A DNA stretch of 62,094 bases, filler included, from Fonticula-like sp. SCN 57-25 (taxonomy: Eukaryota), in NCBI GenBank assembly GCA_001724245.1. It is 9 parts of 9 records of this genome, joined end to end, with 100 filler letters (N's around TTAATTAATTAA, not from the genome) between each part and the next. Parts side by side here need not be neighbours in the genome. Positions count along the whole stretch, not along the records: positions 6,528 to 12,952 come from MEDX01000450.1; positions 13,053 to 19,919 come from MEDX01000451.1; positions 20,020 to 27,046 come from MEDX01000452.1; 6 more parts are not named here. One strand, 5' to 3'. Position 1 is the first letter of the stretch, and the number at the start of each line of letters is the position of its first letter. The notes beneath the pieces are model-generated. The model did no database searches. It had not been told where the DNA came from and worked only from the letters and a program-made list of their open reading frames with translations. The translations under genes and the position numbers were made by a program. Of this stretch, positions 9,071 to 21,714 are shown one piece after another.

Positions 9071-11431
9071 CTACACCACCGAGCCGAGGTCGGGTGTCGA
9101 GCCCGACATGTCGGGCGTCGAGATCGCCATGAGCGGCCGGCTGTCGGGCGACTCGTCGGTGGGAGCCTTCGGCTTCTTCTTCTTCTTCTTCTTGATCTCG
9201 CCGTCGGGGCCGGCCGCCGCCTCCCCCTCGGCACCCAGGACGCTCTTCTTGCGGCGCACCTTGACGGGGGCGCCGTCCTCACCGAGCGACACAGAGCTTG
9301 AGCCCTCCAGCGCACCGCTGTTTGATTCGCTCAACGACGCGCTCGAGTCGGCCTTGAGCTTGCTGCTGCTCCGGCGAGACCTGGTCCGCGGGCGGCCCTC
9401 GGCGTCGGGCGACAGGGGCGACTTGGGCGACTTGGGTGACTTTGGCGACGACGGGGCGCCGTCCTCTGCGGTCGTGAGCGTAGTGGCCGACTTGCGGCGG
9501 CGCGGCTTTTCGTGCTTTGCCTCGCCGTCCGGTGACGTGGCCGCGACGCCATCGCGCGACTTGCGCCTCCGCAGCGGCGCGTCGGTCGAAGCACCCTCAC
9601 CCACCTCCACGTTGATGTCGCGCGACTTGTGGCGGCGGCGCGAGGCGGCCGGCGAGTCGGTCAGCAGAGTCTCGCTGCTCAGCGACGCGGCGTCGAGGGA
9701 CGTCGTGCTGTGCGCCTTGAGAGGGCTCGAGTGGCGCTTCTTCGCCGCGACTTCCTCCGCCGAGCTGCTGCCCGCGCTCGATGCGGCGGCGGGCTCGGGT
9801 GCCTCCTCTCCGCCGCGCGCACCACCGCGCAGGTACTCAAACGTGGTGCTCTTGCGGCGGATGAGGGCCGACGACGAAATGTCCTCGCCGGCAACGGCGG
9901 CGCGACGGGCGGTCGCGATCAGCTGCAGCAGGTTGTGCAGCAGGATGCTAATCATCTCGGCGTCCTTGGACACGAGCATGTAGATAGCGCTGCCAAACAC
10001 GCCAAAGTCAAGCAGGACGGCGGGGCCCGCCGACGACGACGTCACCTTGAACGAGCGCATCTGGTGGAATCCGTGCTGGAAGAGGATCGACTGGACCGAG
10101 AGTCAGCGAATGTAATTGGCAATACGAAGGCGGCGTACCTGGTCCAGGTCCTTCTTAAGCGTCACGCCAGCCTTGCGGTTCACAATCAGCGTGCACTCGG
10201 CACCGTCAAGGGAGACATTGATCAAGACGTCCTGGAAAAGAAAGCAGCGTGAGCAAAGTGTGACCGTACGATGCCCCGTACCTCCAGCTTGTTGAGCAGG
10301 TTGATGGACGTCGCGCGAATGGCATTGTGCCAGTTCTGCATCTCAACCGCAGAATCTAAAATGATCACTGTGGTTAGCGCCGCGGTGAGTGATAATCGAT
10401 TTCCGCACCGACACTGATGAAGAAGGACCGCGTCGGCGCGACGAAAAGAATAGAGTGCGCGCGCTCGGAAAGGCCGTACTCGCCACCCAAGTCGGACTCT
10501 TTCGTCTCGCGCACGCGGCAGCACGACAGCCAGTGCGAAGAGGCCGGTGTCAGGTCCGACGAGCGAGTCTGGTGCGGTGTGAGTGCTACAAGCCAGGCGA
10601 GTACCGGAACGCACCGGAGGCTTGGTGAGGCAGTGGAGCGTGCAGTCGGTGAGCACCAGGAACCGCCAGTTCCACGTTCCCGAAGAGCCGCGCTCGTGTA
10701 CCCAGCCCATTTTCAGCACCTGGCCCGTCGCGGCGCAGTCGTACGGCACCGGCGTGAATTGAAGCTAGAGGCAAAGGGATCAGCAAGGGATGCCAAGCAA
10801 CGGGGATGCGCACTTGGGCAGAGAGCGCCGCGTCGACGATGCGGACGTTGTTGCGCACGGCAATGACCCACTGCTTCGCCACTTCATTGGACTCGCAGCG
10901 GAGCGCCACGTTGGATCCCGCGCCGGTCCGCACGGCCATCTCGATAGGGCTGCCGGATGGGTCAACGTGAGTGCCAAGAATGAGATGGATCGAGCAGCGT
11001 ACAATTCGCCGCCCTTGCTGCTCGTCAGAACAGTCTCGGGGACAGCAATGTAGAGTTGCACAAGCGGTAAAACGAGCTTGGCCTGCGCATCGCCCTCATT
11101 CTGCGACGGGATTAGCAACGCCAATGACATTTGAAGGGGCGCACCTTGTAAAACGAAAGCTCCTTGTCAGACAGGACAGCGTGCGCCGTCTGATACGCGG
11201 GAGAAAAGTTCTTGACAAAGGGCGCCGCCATAGCCAGCTTGAGCATAAAACCCTCTGCGTACTGCAGCTTGCCGGTCTTATTCATGGACGCCTAGATCAC
11301 GGTTGCGTCAGCCCGATGCCAAGGAAATAACGAAACCATACCGGGGGCACGATGCGCTGCGTTCCCGAACGCGCCAGCGCCATCTTTGGGCTGTCGGCGC
11401 CGACGTTCGTAAGCTCCACCGACGACGACAT
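9071..11431 (-). CDS. Syntrophin-like protein (PH-PH-SU-like) with a low-complexity basic tail, multi-exon
   Basis: Spliced PH1 (EGFMLKL...AVLSDKELSFYK...ALRCESNEVAKQWVIAVR), PH2 (LKMGWVHE...WNWRFLVLTD...EMQNWHNAI), then ECTLIVNRKAGV and LLDFG...ISILLHNLL resembling the syntrophin-unique domain. Confidence 0.6.
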
Positions 11432-11639
11432 GGCTGCCTTGAGGCTACTTGAAGGTGGGATGCGTCAGCCCTCTCCTCCGGCAACTCTCAGTGCAAAAAG
11501 CCCGCGGAGCAGAACTTGCCGCAAAAAATGCGGCCAAGAATCCGGAATTGGCCACGTGGACGTATTCCTCCGATACGGCTGCTGATTGGTCAAATCACGT
11601 GCATTTGGCGGGAGATCTGCCAGGTCGCGCCTCGGGCGG

Positions 11640-12952
11640 ATGTCGGACCCCATCCTGCCGACGCTGTCGGTGGACCCCATGGACCTTGTTCATACGGAGA
11701 GCAAGGCATGGGGGTGGCTTATATCTCTAAGGAAAGACCTTCCAAGCATAGGTGCGCACGGATGGCGCGCTGGGGTAGCAACGCTAAGACATGACCTGCC
11801 TGCGCAGAACTCACTACAGCGGAGCATGTGATTGGGCGCGGCCCCAGGTGCGACTGTCGCCTTGAGCCGCTTTTTATCAGTACAACGCACTGCAAAATTA
11901 TGCGCGTTCAGGACGGAAAGAGCGGTGACGTGACGGTGATGCTGGAAGACCTCAGCTCGACCGGGTCGTATGTCAACGGGCTCCTGGTCGGGCGAGGCAA
12001 GCGGAACGTGCTCACGCATATGGCCGAGGTATCGTTTGGTATTGACCCAAGGCAAGCAAAGGAAAAGTGTACGTTTGTTTATCGTTTCATGGGCGCTCTC
12101 CTTACGCCCGTGTCCGCCAGTTTATATGTACCAAGAGGCCAAACAGCCGTCCTTTGTACGTTATTGCAGATGACCCGCAGAGCGCCGCTAACCTTCAGGT
12201 GCTGTAGCGGCAGGGCGGTATATATGACAAGTACGAGCTTGAAAACGTTCTTGGGTCTGGCGCGTTTGCGACGGTCAAGCTGGGCATCGAACGGTCGACG
12301 GGCCGCCGCTGCGCCGTCAAGATCGTCGACAAGCGCAAGATCCACATGCAGCCGGCGCTGGCCGAGGCATTCCGCCGCGAAATTGAGATTCTGAAATCAA
12401 TGAAACACGTACGATATTTGCTTGAGGTTGCTTTTGCATGCTAATGTCAGGGGCAGCCGCACGTCGTCGGCTTTATCGACTATTTTGAGGACCCTCAGCA
12501 GCACTTTATCGTGCTCGAGCTGCTCACGGGAGGCGAAATGAGCGTGCAGATTGCGCCCATGCGCGGAATGCCTGCGCACACTGTCAGCCTATACTTTTTG
12601 CAGCTTGCCCTGGCTGTCAACGTACGCAGATGCGTATTCAGTACTGCTTGTTCTCACTTCCGCGACAATAGTACCTGCATAGCCGCAACATATCGCATCG
12701 GGACCTAAAGCCGGAAAACATTTTGATTGCGAGCCCGTCAAGTGGTCGCGTTGTAATTACCGACTTTGGGCTCTCTCGCGCCTTTAATGGCGAGTCGCGC
12801 GGCCTGATGCAAACCGTGTGCGGCACGCCGATCTACATCGCCCCGGAAATCCTCAGCGAGACGATGCCCGCCACCGGCGGCTACGACAAAAAGGTGGATA
12901 TGTGGAGCCTTGGCGTCATCCTGTATTATATGTGCGCAGCGGCGAGTATAAT
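11640..12952 (+). CDS. FHA-domain Ser/Thr kinase (Chk2/Rad53/Dun1 family), 3' truncated
   Basis: [11 protein letters not shown]...ISTTHC...[13 protein letters not shown]. Kinase: [52 protein letters not shown]. Confidence 0.88.
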
Positions 12953-13052
12953 NNNNNNNNNNNNNNNNNNNNNNNNNNNNNNNNNNNNNNNNNNNNTTAA
13001 TTAATTAANNNNNNNNNNNNNNNNNNNNNNNNNNNNNNNNNNNNNNNNNNNN

Positions 13053-14126
13053 GCCGCGCATTTCCATGGCGCGAAGGGCGCCGCTGCTGAGAATGATGTT
13101 GCGGGAGCGGGAAAGGCGGAGAAGTGTGCGGCTGTTTGATAAGAGATTGCGGCGGGCGGCGGCATCTATTGGGTGTTAGTCAGAAAGAACATAGAGTATT
13201 CACAAGAATATATACACTGGTATCTACAGAGTACATGAACAAGGGTACATGAACATGAGTAGATGAACATGAGTATCATGTATGTATATGAACAAGAATA
13301 CATACAAGAGTACATGAACATGAGTATATGAACATGAGTATATGAACATGAGTATATACTTAATCATACTCATGTACACATGACTACATGAGTATACACA
13401 TGGATACACGAGTATCCACTTGTATCCATGTGCCAATGACTGCATCCCACACAATACAGAAGTGTTTTCGTAACGTACCTCGGATGGCGGGACTGTAGCA
13501 AATTTCAAAGTGGATTCCGCGAGCGATGGCTTGGTTGATTGGGCCGTGGCGCAGCGAAAAGGGAAGGCGGCTCGACAAGTCAAGCGAGATGATGTCGATC
13601 AGATGATGTCGATCTCGAGATTGGCGCAGCATGCTACATGCCTGCATCAGCGCACTGTCCATACAATAGTCTATTTTCAAATATAAACGTACATTGAAAG
13701 ACCTTTTCGGTCATTGGTACGACCGCGAGGATGTCGTACGAGGCGACCACAGGGTTGGACGCCATGAGCTGATGGTTGGCGCTGTGATCGTCCAGGACGA
13801 CCGTCAGGCGAGTGAGCTGTTTGATGTTGCGACGGCGGCGCAGAGAGAGGCGCGCGCTCGCGGCAGAGGCAGCACCGCTCATCAGATCTTGCTGTTGATA
13901 GCTGCACGTATCGGTCGGCTTGAGCTTGCCGACGGCGGTGTGCGACACGGCCGCAGCATCATAATCAACTGGAGGCAAATCAGCACAAAAGACTTATAAA
14001 CATTGATATAAACGCACGCTGAACAAGCAACTCGAGCCGTGAACGGACGGACTCGACGCTCAAAGACTGATTCCCCGAAGCAACGGCCTCGGGATCCTCC
14101 AGCGGGACATTGAGGTCGATGAACAT
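13053..14126 (-). CDS. RPP30: RNase P/MRP subunit p30 (PHP-like barrel), 3' truncated
   Basis: MFIDLNVP, QLTRLTVVLDD, YDILAVVPMTEKVFQ, DIISLDLSSRLPF...AIARGIHFEICYSPAI, and IILSSGA near the contig end. Confidence 0.9.
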
Positions 14127-14149
14127 GCCGCACAGACGCACGCAACCAC

Positions 14150-14222
14150 TGCCCCTCAAGATAGTGCCCCTCAAGTAAAATGGATGCCCCGCAAGTGGTA
14201 ATCACATTTCGTGCCCCTCAAG
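14150..14222. promoter_or_regulatory. Four copies of TGCCCC(T/G)CAAG in the 100-bp divergent RPP30/RCC1 intergenic region
   Basis: Copies at ~14150, 14165, 14185 and 14212; a reverse-complement copy at 17631-17641 lies in another divergent promoter. Confidence 0.55.
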
Positions 14223-14226
14223 TACG

Positions 14227-16022
14227 ATGTCGGCGAGCAAGCCCGAGCCTGCGTGGGCGCGGCCCGCGCGCCGCGTCGCCCTTCTTGGCATCGCGAGCCT
14301 CGGTTTCTACGGCATTGCACAGGCCGCTGCAGAGAAGCGCCGTTTGGAGGGTGGTGGTCGCCCGCGCGCTAATCCCCCGCCGGTTGCGTGGGGCGGGCCG
14401 ACGCCTCCCTCGTCTGGTGAACCGCCGTCGCCTCCGGCATCGAGCACGTCCGCCATCTCCCGTGCTGCCTCGCGCCTCCTTGATATTGCTGTTCCGCGTG
14501 CGTATGCCGAGGCCGCTGCTTCTTCACGCGGCCGCCCGCCGCCCGCCGGCCTGTACGCCTGGGGCGACAATGCGCGTCATCTCGCCGCCGCCACTACGTC
14601 ATCCGTGACATCGCCCTCGCTTGTGCTCCCGTCGCTCACCTTTCGCAGCGTCGCTACGAGCGAGCGTCTCGGCGCTGCCATCTCGACCGACGGCGCCGTG
14701 TACGTGTGGGGCGCTTCCTCTGCCTCCCCTGTTCTCGTCGCGCGCATCCCATCCGCCGTGTCGGTCGCCTGCACGTCATCAAGCGTGTTCGTCCTCACCA
14801 AGGAAGGCGGCGTGCTCGAGATCGGCAACGCATCCGACGCCGCCGACGTTTCCCTTCCTTCCCCCTCGCTGATTGGCCGGCTCACTGGCGGCGTGGCCAC
14901 GTCGCGCCTTGAAGGCGTCCGCCGCCAAATCGCCACGCCCGCCGGCTCCCCCGTGGTCGCCCTGTCGGCCGGCGAGCACCACCTCGTGGCCCTCACGGCC
15001 GACGGCCACGTGTACGCCTGCGCTTCAGACGCGCGCGGGAACGCCGCCGGGCAGCTCGGCAACGGCCAATCAGAGGACGAGACGGCCACTCTTACCACGT
15101 GGTCTCCCGTGAACCTTCCCGCGCTCGCCTCGCAGGTGGCGTGCGGCGCCCTCTTTTCTTTGGCGCGCCTCGCCGACGGCACCGTGGCCACGTGGGGAGG
15201 CAACGCGCACCTTCAGCAGTGCACCGGCAACAGCCCTGACCACGTGGTCACACCGCGCCTTGTTCGCGGTCTTCCCCAAAAGTGCACGCTCGTGGCCGCC
15301 GGCGGGTCGACCAGCGCGTTTGTGGTCGAGTCTGGGGCAGATTCACAGGTGTATATGGCGGGCGACGGTCAACTTGGGCAGCTTGGTACGGGTCAGTGGA
15401 ATCACGTGATGGGCAAGCCGGTGAAGGTGAAGGAGATTAGCGACAAAAAGTTTTATGACCAGGATGAGAAGCGCGTCAAGCCAATCAGGATCAAGGAAAT
15501 CACTGTCGGAACAAAGCATTGCGCGGGTACGAACGATATATTAAGTATTTATTGAGTGTTTATATGTTTGTTTATTGGATATATTTTTATTGTATGTGTC
15601 TATTGAGTATCATTGTGTTTGTCTCTTATCTGTTGATGTATCTTTGTCTCATATCTATGAATGTATCCATGTGGATATGCATATCTATCTATATATGTGA
15701 CATGTATCCACATGGATATGAACCTGTTTTTATCGTATTCCCATCTTCTTGTCATCCTTCTTAACCACGTGGCCATGTAGCTGTGCTTGACACGATTGGC
15801 GACCCTGCTGACCCGACCGCGGGCGCCGGTGACGTGTACGTTTGGGGCTATAACAAGGACCGCCAGCTCAACATCGAGTCGGCGACCAATCAGAACAAGC
15901 CGTCGCCGATGCGCTCCCTGGATGGGGCCACGTGTATGAGGACCACGTGGGATGGCGGCAAAAAGGCCGTTCGCGTTCATTGCGGGCCGGGCGTCACGTT
16001 CGTCTACACGGTGGCAGCTTGA
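14227..16022 (+). CDS. RCC1/BLIP-II repeat protein, mitochondrial Fmp25-like
   Basis: N-terminal presequence/TM-like segment, GLYAWGDN, ALSAGEHHLVALTADGHVY, GQLG repeats, DVYVWGYNKDRQL; one long intron at ~15.53-15.78 kb. Confidence 0.75.
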
Positions 16023-16299
16023 TTGTAAAGGAGTTTATTATAGAAAATATTATTCAACGAATTATATGACCACGTGGGAAGGAGACAATGGCCACGTGAT
16101 CACATGGATAGCGAGCATGTGGTAGTGATATGACCGTGTGAAGGGGCAAATAATGATATTATTATGGCGTATCATAGGCAAGAAAGCCACAATTAACGCA
16201 TTACCAAATCAAATATAGAATACATTTGAAAATCGGATATTTACATATAGTATGAACACGAAAATGGCATCAAAAGTGCCTAAATGGCCTCAAAAGTGC

Positions 16300-17537
16300 C
16301 TAAACAACGTCATCGTTGATACTAGTGGCACTATTAAGGGGCGTCGAAGCAGTCACAACGACTAGTGACCTGCATAGCGGGCACTTGTTCTTCTTTGACA
16401 GCAGCCACGAATCAATACAGTTCGTATGAAACTCATGCTATAAATAGAATTGTTAGAAGTGGCAGGAAATGTCAGCAATGCGTACCTTGCAGGGAAGAAT
16501 GCGAAGAACGTCGCCGGCGGCAAATTCGTCGAGGCAAATGCTGCAAATATCGGCGTCAGAGTCGCCTTGGCGGTCATCTGGCGAATAAACGCGCGTCGGA
16601 AGTGACTCTATCGCATCTTTCTGCTCATAAAATGTTAGTGAAATGGGCCATATGGAACACAAATGGAGGCAGTTAATCGGAAATCAAATACTAAAAGCAC
16701 ACAAAATGACATAACATGACACAAAAGAGACATAAAAACAAGCAAATAAACTACAATTTTCAATAAAATGCAACATTTTCATGTTTTTCGTTCATTTTCC
16801 CTTGCGCACATTTTCGGTTTCCCTTTTCCTTCTACTTCTCTCCTTGCACTTTGCCGCGAGCACGTAGAGACCGACGACGAGCAGGACGGGCAAGATCACC
16901 CTGATCGCGAGCACCGCCATGAACGACAGCGTCGCTTCGCGGTAGCCAGGCAGCATCTGCGCGTCGGGCCACCGATCCGCCGATGCCTCCGCCACCGCCG
17001 CCCGATAGTCAGCGTTCAGCATGTACCCGGACGGGATGTTAATGTCGAGCGCGACATCGGCAGGGTGCATCACGACATAGCCGCCGTTCGGGTCCATGGA
17101 CCCAACAAGGACTGCAAGAGCGCCGCTGTCTTGTGCGTTGCGCGTCTAGATCACGCCGAAGAGTGAGCGATGGCCGCCATCCCGTGCAATCGGCATCGTA
17201 CCTTGGTGACAAAGGAGCAGCTGGACGACCGGACAAGGGCAAACCACGGTTGGCCAGACGTTATATTCAATTTCGCCCAGTCATATGGAATGCAGCCGCT
17301 GTCCTTTTACGTTAATAAACCTTTTGCTAAAGCAGGGATCGGAGCGCACTCTGCATTGTCGGGATCGGACACCTCGAGGGAAACGAGCACGCCCAGCATC
17401 GGCTCCACGGGTGGCCCATAAGCGGCCTCCTGGTAGTTAAAAGTAATGTTCTTTGCTAGAAGAACAAGCTGCGCGTCGACGCTGGCGCAAAGCGCTAGGC
17501 AGAGCAGCGGCACCAGTAGCCATGTTCCGCGGCCCAT
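16300..17537 (-). CDS. PA-domain transmembrane RING-H2 E3 ligase (RNF13/GRAIL/RMR-like)
   Basis: Signal peptide [21 protein letters not shown] and PA-like segment, TM helix, CSICLDEF...[30 protein letters not shown]. Confidence 0.88.
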
Positions 17538-17665
17538 CGTGCCCGCAATGCCGAACAGCTGACAGTTGACGAATCAAAATCGGAAAATCAGAAGAGAATC
17601 ATAATAATAAGACGCAATCAGATATCGTTACTTGAGGGGCAGAACGCATCGTTGGGCCGCCTGCC

Positions 17666-19919
17666 ATGGACGACGCCGGGGGTGGCACGGTGCGCATCCC
17701 GCTGCCTATATCTTGCCTTGGGCTCACTGCTGTTAATAGGAGCATCTGTCAATGCGCGTGCTTCACTCGCGCAGCACCGATGACGAAGACATTGAGATAG
17801 ATAGCGCGACCGATCCGCTGCTCGGCGCCGACGCCGACGGCGACTCTGATGGCGGGAGCGGCGACGCATCGTCATCGCGCCCCGTCTTTTCCTTTTCCGA
17901 TCTCGACGAGCTTGTGCGCCTGATCATACAGACCGTGGTCTATCTAACAATGTCCGCTTTAGACGTGGCTGCGTGCAGTGGCGTCCACCCGCGATGCCTG
18001 GGAGGGCAAGCGGTACGCCTACAAGTCGGACGCCGCGTCGATCCGGTACGCCGCGCCAACTTCCGGCTAATTTGCGCTCATAAAGCTTGTCTAGTGGATA
18101 TCTTTCGTTTAACCGCGGGATATGGAAGGCACTCTTCCTCGTGGCCGTGGTGGGATCGCTGGCGCTCGTGCTGTTTGAAAAGCCGACATATGACGGTTGG
18201 GAGATGCCGGTCTGGCTGACGACATCCGTCGAGCTTATATTCCTTTCCATTCTTATGACGCGCACTGTCATGCTGAAGCAATTCATAGAGCCAGCAAACT
18301 ACTGGCGCGATCCAAAGATCTTTTCAATGTACCTCATCATCCTGGTACGCAGGGAATGAATTGCGGGTATTTGATGAGGGTATTTACGGCCATTTTTCTT
18401 CTTGTTGTGCCAATTTTTCTCATTTTCTGACATTTTTCGCTCACTTTCCCTTTCATTTTCCGCCTTTTGTCGCATTTTTCTAATTCATCTTCAAGGTGAC
18501 TGTCATTGACATTGGCCTTTATGCCATTGTCACGACCTACACTGACCTTGCCTGGGTCCGCGCGACGCGCATTCTTCGCCCCGCCTTTGTCATCTGCTGC
18601 CACCGCCACGTGCGCCGCGCGACGCGCAACTTGCGACAGTGCCTCTACGATTTGTTTACTTTGCTGTCATTCCTGGCGGCGGTGATCGTCGTGACGGCGC
18701 TCCTCTTTTTCGTCCTCTTTAGAAACAGGCACGAAAGAGGAAATGTTTATAATCACGTGACTTACTTTTATGTACAGTCAGCAGGGCCTAAAGTACTTTT
18801 CGAATATTCCGAATACGGTGTTCGAGCTTTACGTCCTCATGACAGCAGACAACTTTCCCCCTATGATGTACGCAAGATTGAATATGATGTTGATTTCATA
18901 TCTATCATGTGAATGACGTATCAAATGTGTTTTAATATGTTTTGGCCTGTTATATTTCATATTTTGTTCACTTTTTCTAATGCGCCAATAGGATGCCCGC
19001 GTATGACATTAATGCCTTCTACGCCGTTCTCTTCATCTTTTACAACATTGTCTGCACGTACTTTCTTCTCAACATTGCCCTCGCCATGATCTACCGCAAC
19101 TATCGCAAGCACCTCACGGCCGAGCTGAACCTTCTTGTAGAGCAGCGCAAGGCGTCGCTGCAAACTGCTTTTAGTTTGCTTCAAGTTAACGGCATGATCA
19201 GCCGCGATAGGTGGATCGCGCTGTTTTCACGCGTGCATCCAAAGGGGAAATCGCATGCGACTTTGCTGTTCAAGGTGATTGACGAGACGAACCGCGAGGC
19301 TGTCGGTGCGTGGGCGACGCTGATTGGTTAAGTACTAAAAGTCGGTTTTGGTAGGTCTGGACGCCTTCGTAAAAACGATCGAACTGCTCAATCTAAAGAT
19401 CGTTGAGATCAAGGTATGTTTAAAAAAAATACATTTACAATGATTATTCAGTGTCTGATTGGGCCATAATTTGTTCTAGAATGTTCCACTGGACAAGTCA
19501 AAGCTGCTTGACCGCATCTACATATCACGTGCCAGCGTCATCTTTCGCTCTCTCGTCCAGCACAAGTACGCCCCCTATCACTTTACCATATGCTGACACA
19601 CCATTTACAGGCTATTTGTGCTCTGCTTTGACCTTATTGTCCTTCTCAACATTCTCCTTCTTGTATTTGGCATTGAAGTCGAGGTCGCCTTTATAGTCGT
19701 GTACTGGATTGAGATTGCCTCTAAAGTATACACATATGGACCGCACTTGTACTTGCGCAGTCAGTGGAACAGATTTGACTTGCTTACAATGACATTGGCG
19801 GTTGTTTTGTTTATACTGGATCGGTTTTTGAGCCTTAGTGAGAATTGGCATAGCTTTGTTATGTGTCTCAGAGTGCTTAGGTTATTCAAGTTGCTTCTCA
19901 ACATCAAGAGGTACTTGAA
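17666..19919 (+). CDS. TPC: Two-pore channel (TPC), 3' truncated
   Basis: LVLFEKP, S4 RATRILRP, pore FELYVLMTADNFPPMMMPAY, S6 YFLLNIALAMIY, second repeat WNRFD...LRVLRLFKL. Confidence 0.88.
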
Positions 19920-20019
19920 NNNNNNNNNNNNNNNNNNNNNNNNNNNNNNNNNNNNNNNNNNNNTTAATTAATTAANNNNNNNNNNNNNNNNNNNNNNNNN
20001 NNNNNNNNNNNNNNNNNNN

Positions 20020-21466
20020 TGCGCCCCCTCGCGGTGCTCGCACTGGCAGGGGCGACCGCACTGGGCGTCATGATAGCTTCTCCGTCTATTTCGGCATTGC
20101 TGGACAAGTACCGCCGCGCCCTTAAGCGCAGCAGGCGTCGGGCGCAGCAGGGGAGGCCGACGCCAGGTGAGGCCGGAACCCTGGACGCGGTGCCCACGGA
20201 GGCTACTGAGGATGTAAGTTCTACATGGCAGCCGCCAGATGCCACGAACCTTCCTTTACTAGGTGTTTTGTACGATATTGCCGAGGACCTGGCTCGTCGC
20301 GGTGCGTGCGATTGGTTTGTGGTGCGTTTTGCTGACCTTGCTCAGCGAGCTATACGCATCGAGGAGTCCTGTGCAGCAATTGCAACCTGTCTCCAATTAC
20401 AGGGATTCGGTACAAGTGCAGCAACTGCACCGACTATGATTTGTGCGAGCATTGTGAAGCAAGTGACGTGCATGTGAGGAATCACGTTTTTTTAAAGATT
20501 CGGTACCCGCTGCCGCCGTTCCTCAGCCCGCGGACCCCTGTTTTGCCGCTATTATATCCTGGGACAGGAGCAGGCAGCCAGGTCAAATTGAAGAAAGAGT
20601 CATTGCTGCGTCTCCAGCAAAGGACTCATTTTGCAGGGATGGAGATCGAGGCTTTGTTTGAAGAGTTTAAGCTGATCGCCAACATGCGTGGGGGCGACAA
20701 TCCTCATCGTGCCGTCATCGACCGGGAGATTTTCACACAATGCCTCGGCCCGCTTGGGCTCGAGCCGAATCAGATCACTAATTAGTGCGCGGCCTTTTCT
20801 GCACTTGTCCAAGGCGCTAAGTCTCCCTGTTTAGCATTTTCAACTTTTACGATAGGGACCGCGACGGTGTGATCGACTTTACAGACCTCGTTTGCGGCCT
20901 ATCCATTCTCTGCCGCGGAACAGCCGAGGAGCGCATTAAGCGTACGCTATTATAATTTGAATACCTCTTGCTTATGTTTGCATGCTATAGTCGCGTTTCA
21001 CGGTTTCGATACCGATGGTGACGGGTACATTAGTCGCGAGGAGCTCCGGCTCCTGCTCCTCGCCCATATACAAATCACCAATGCCCTCATGAACGACGTT
21101 ATCGGAACAGCGTTTGCGCAGCAGCTGGAGGCGCTTGTACTTGAAGACGACAAGCCGGTTTCATCCAACTTTGCGATGCCCATAGTCTCCGACCTAGCAG
21201 TGGGCATCGTCACGGAAGACACCGAGCAGGGCTCGCGAGATGGAAAGGACGAGCTTGCCTTTGCCATGCTGGAGGCTTCGGAGGACGCAATTGACAAAGT
21301 GACTCGGCGTGGTACGCTCTCCCTTTGTGCTGCTGCCCGTAGACTCACCCTTGCGGCGGTAGTTTTCAAGGACAAGACAAAGCTGAGCTTTGACGAATTT
21401 AGGGCGGTGGCAATGTCGGACAAAACCCTCACGCTTTGGATCGACACTATTGGTTCCATATTTTAG
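20020..21466 (+). CDS. ZZ zinc finger + EF-hand (recoverin-like) protein, 5' truncated
   Basis: HRGVLCSNC..PITGIRYKCSNCTDYDLCEHCE...H...HVFLKI; EF hands DRDRDGVIDF and FDTDGDGYISREE. Confidence 0.85.
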
Positions 21467-21714
21467 CCTATCGAGTATCTTGCATTGTAATTTTTGTGAG
21501 CAATGCTTGTTTCGTGTTTAGAAGCGAGCTGTTGGCCGGCCCCGCATTGGTTATTTTTTTGTCGATTCGATTGTCCATTTTGTACTACAATTTTTTCCTC
21601 ACTTGGAATGAACCGTTGATTCTTGGTCAAACAAAGGTAAATCTTTTAGGCCTGTGATTGGGCGCGCGTGGCAAAAGTAGCAACCGCCGCGCAGTCCTTC
21701 TCCCTCCATCCACG

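Noticed and set aside
6992-9983. Long antisense or overlapping ORFs (e.g. 6992-7738, 7840-8559, 9063-9983; similar ones in NUP155, SRPRA, cactin)
   Set aside because: Shadow frames of GC-rich coding sequence with no motifs.
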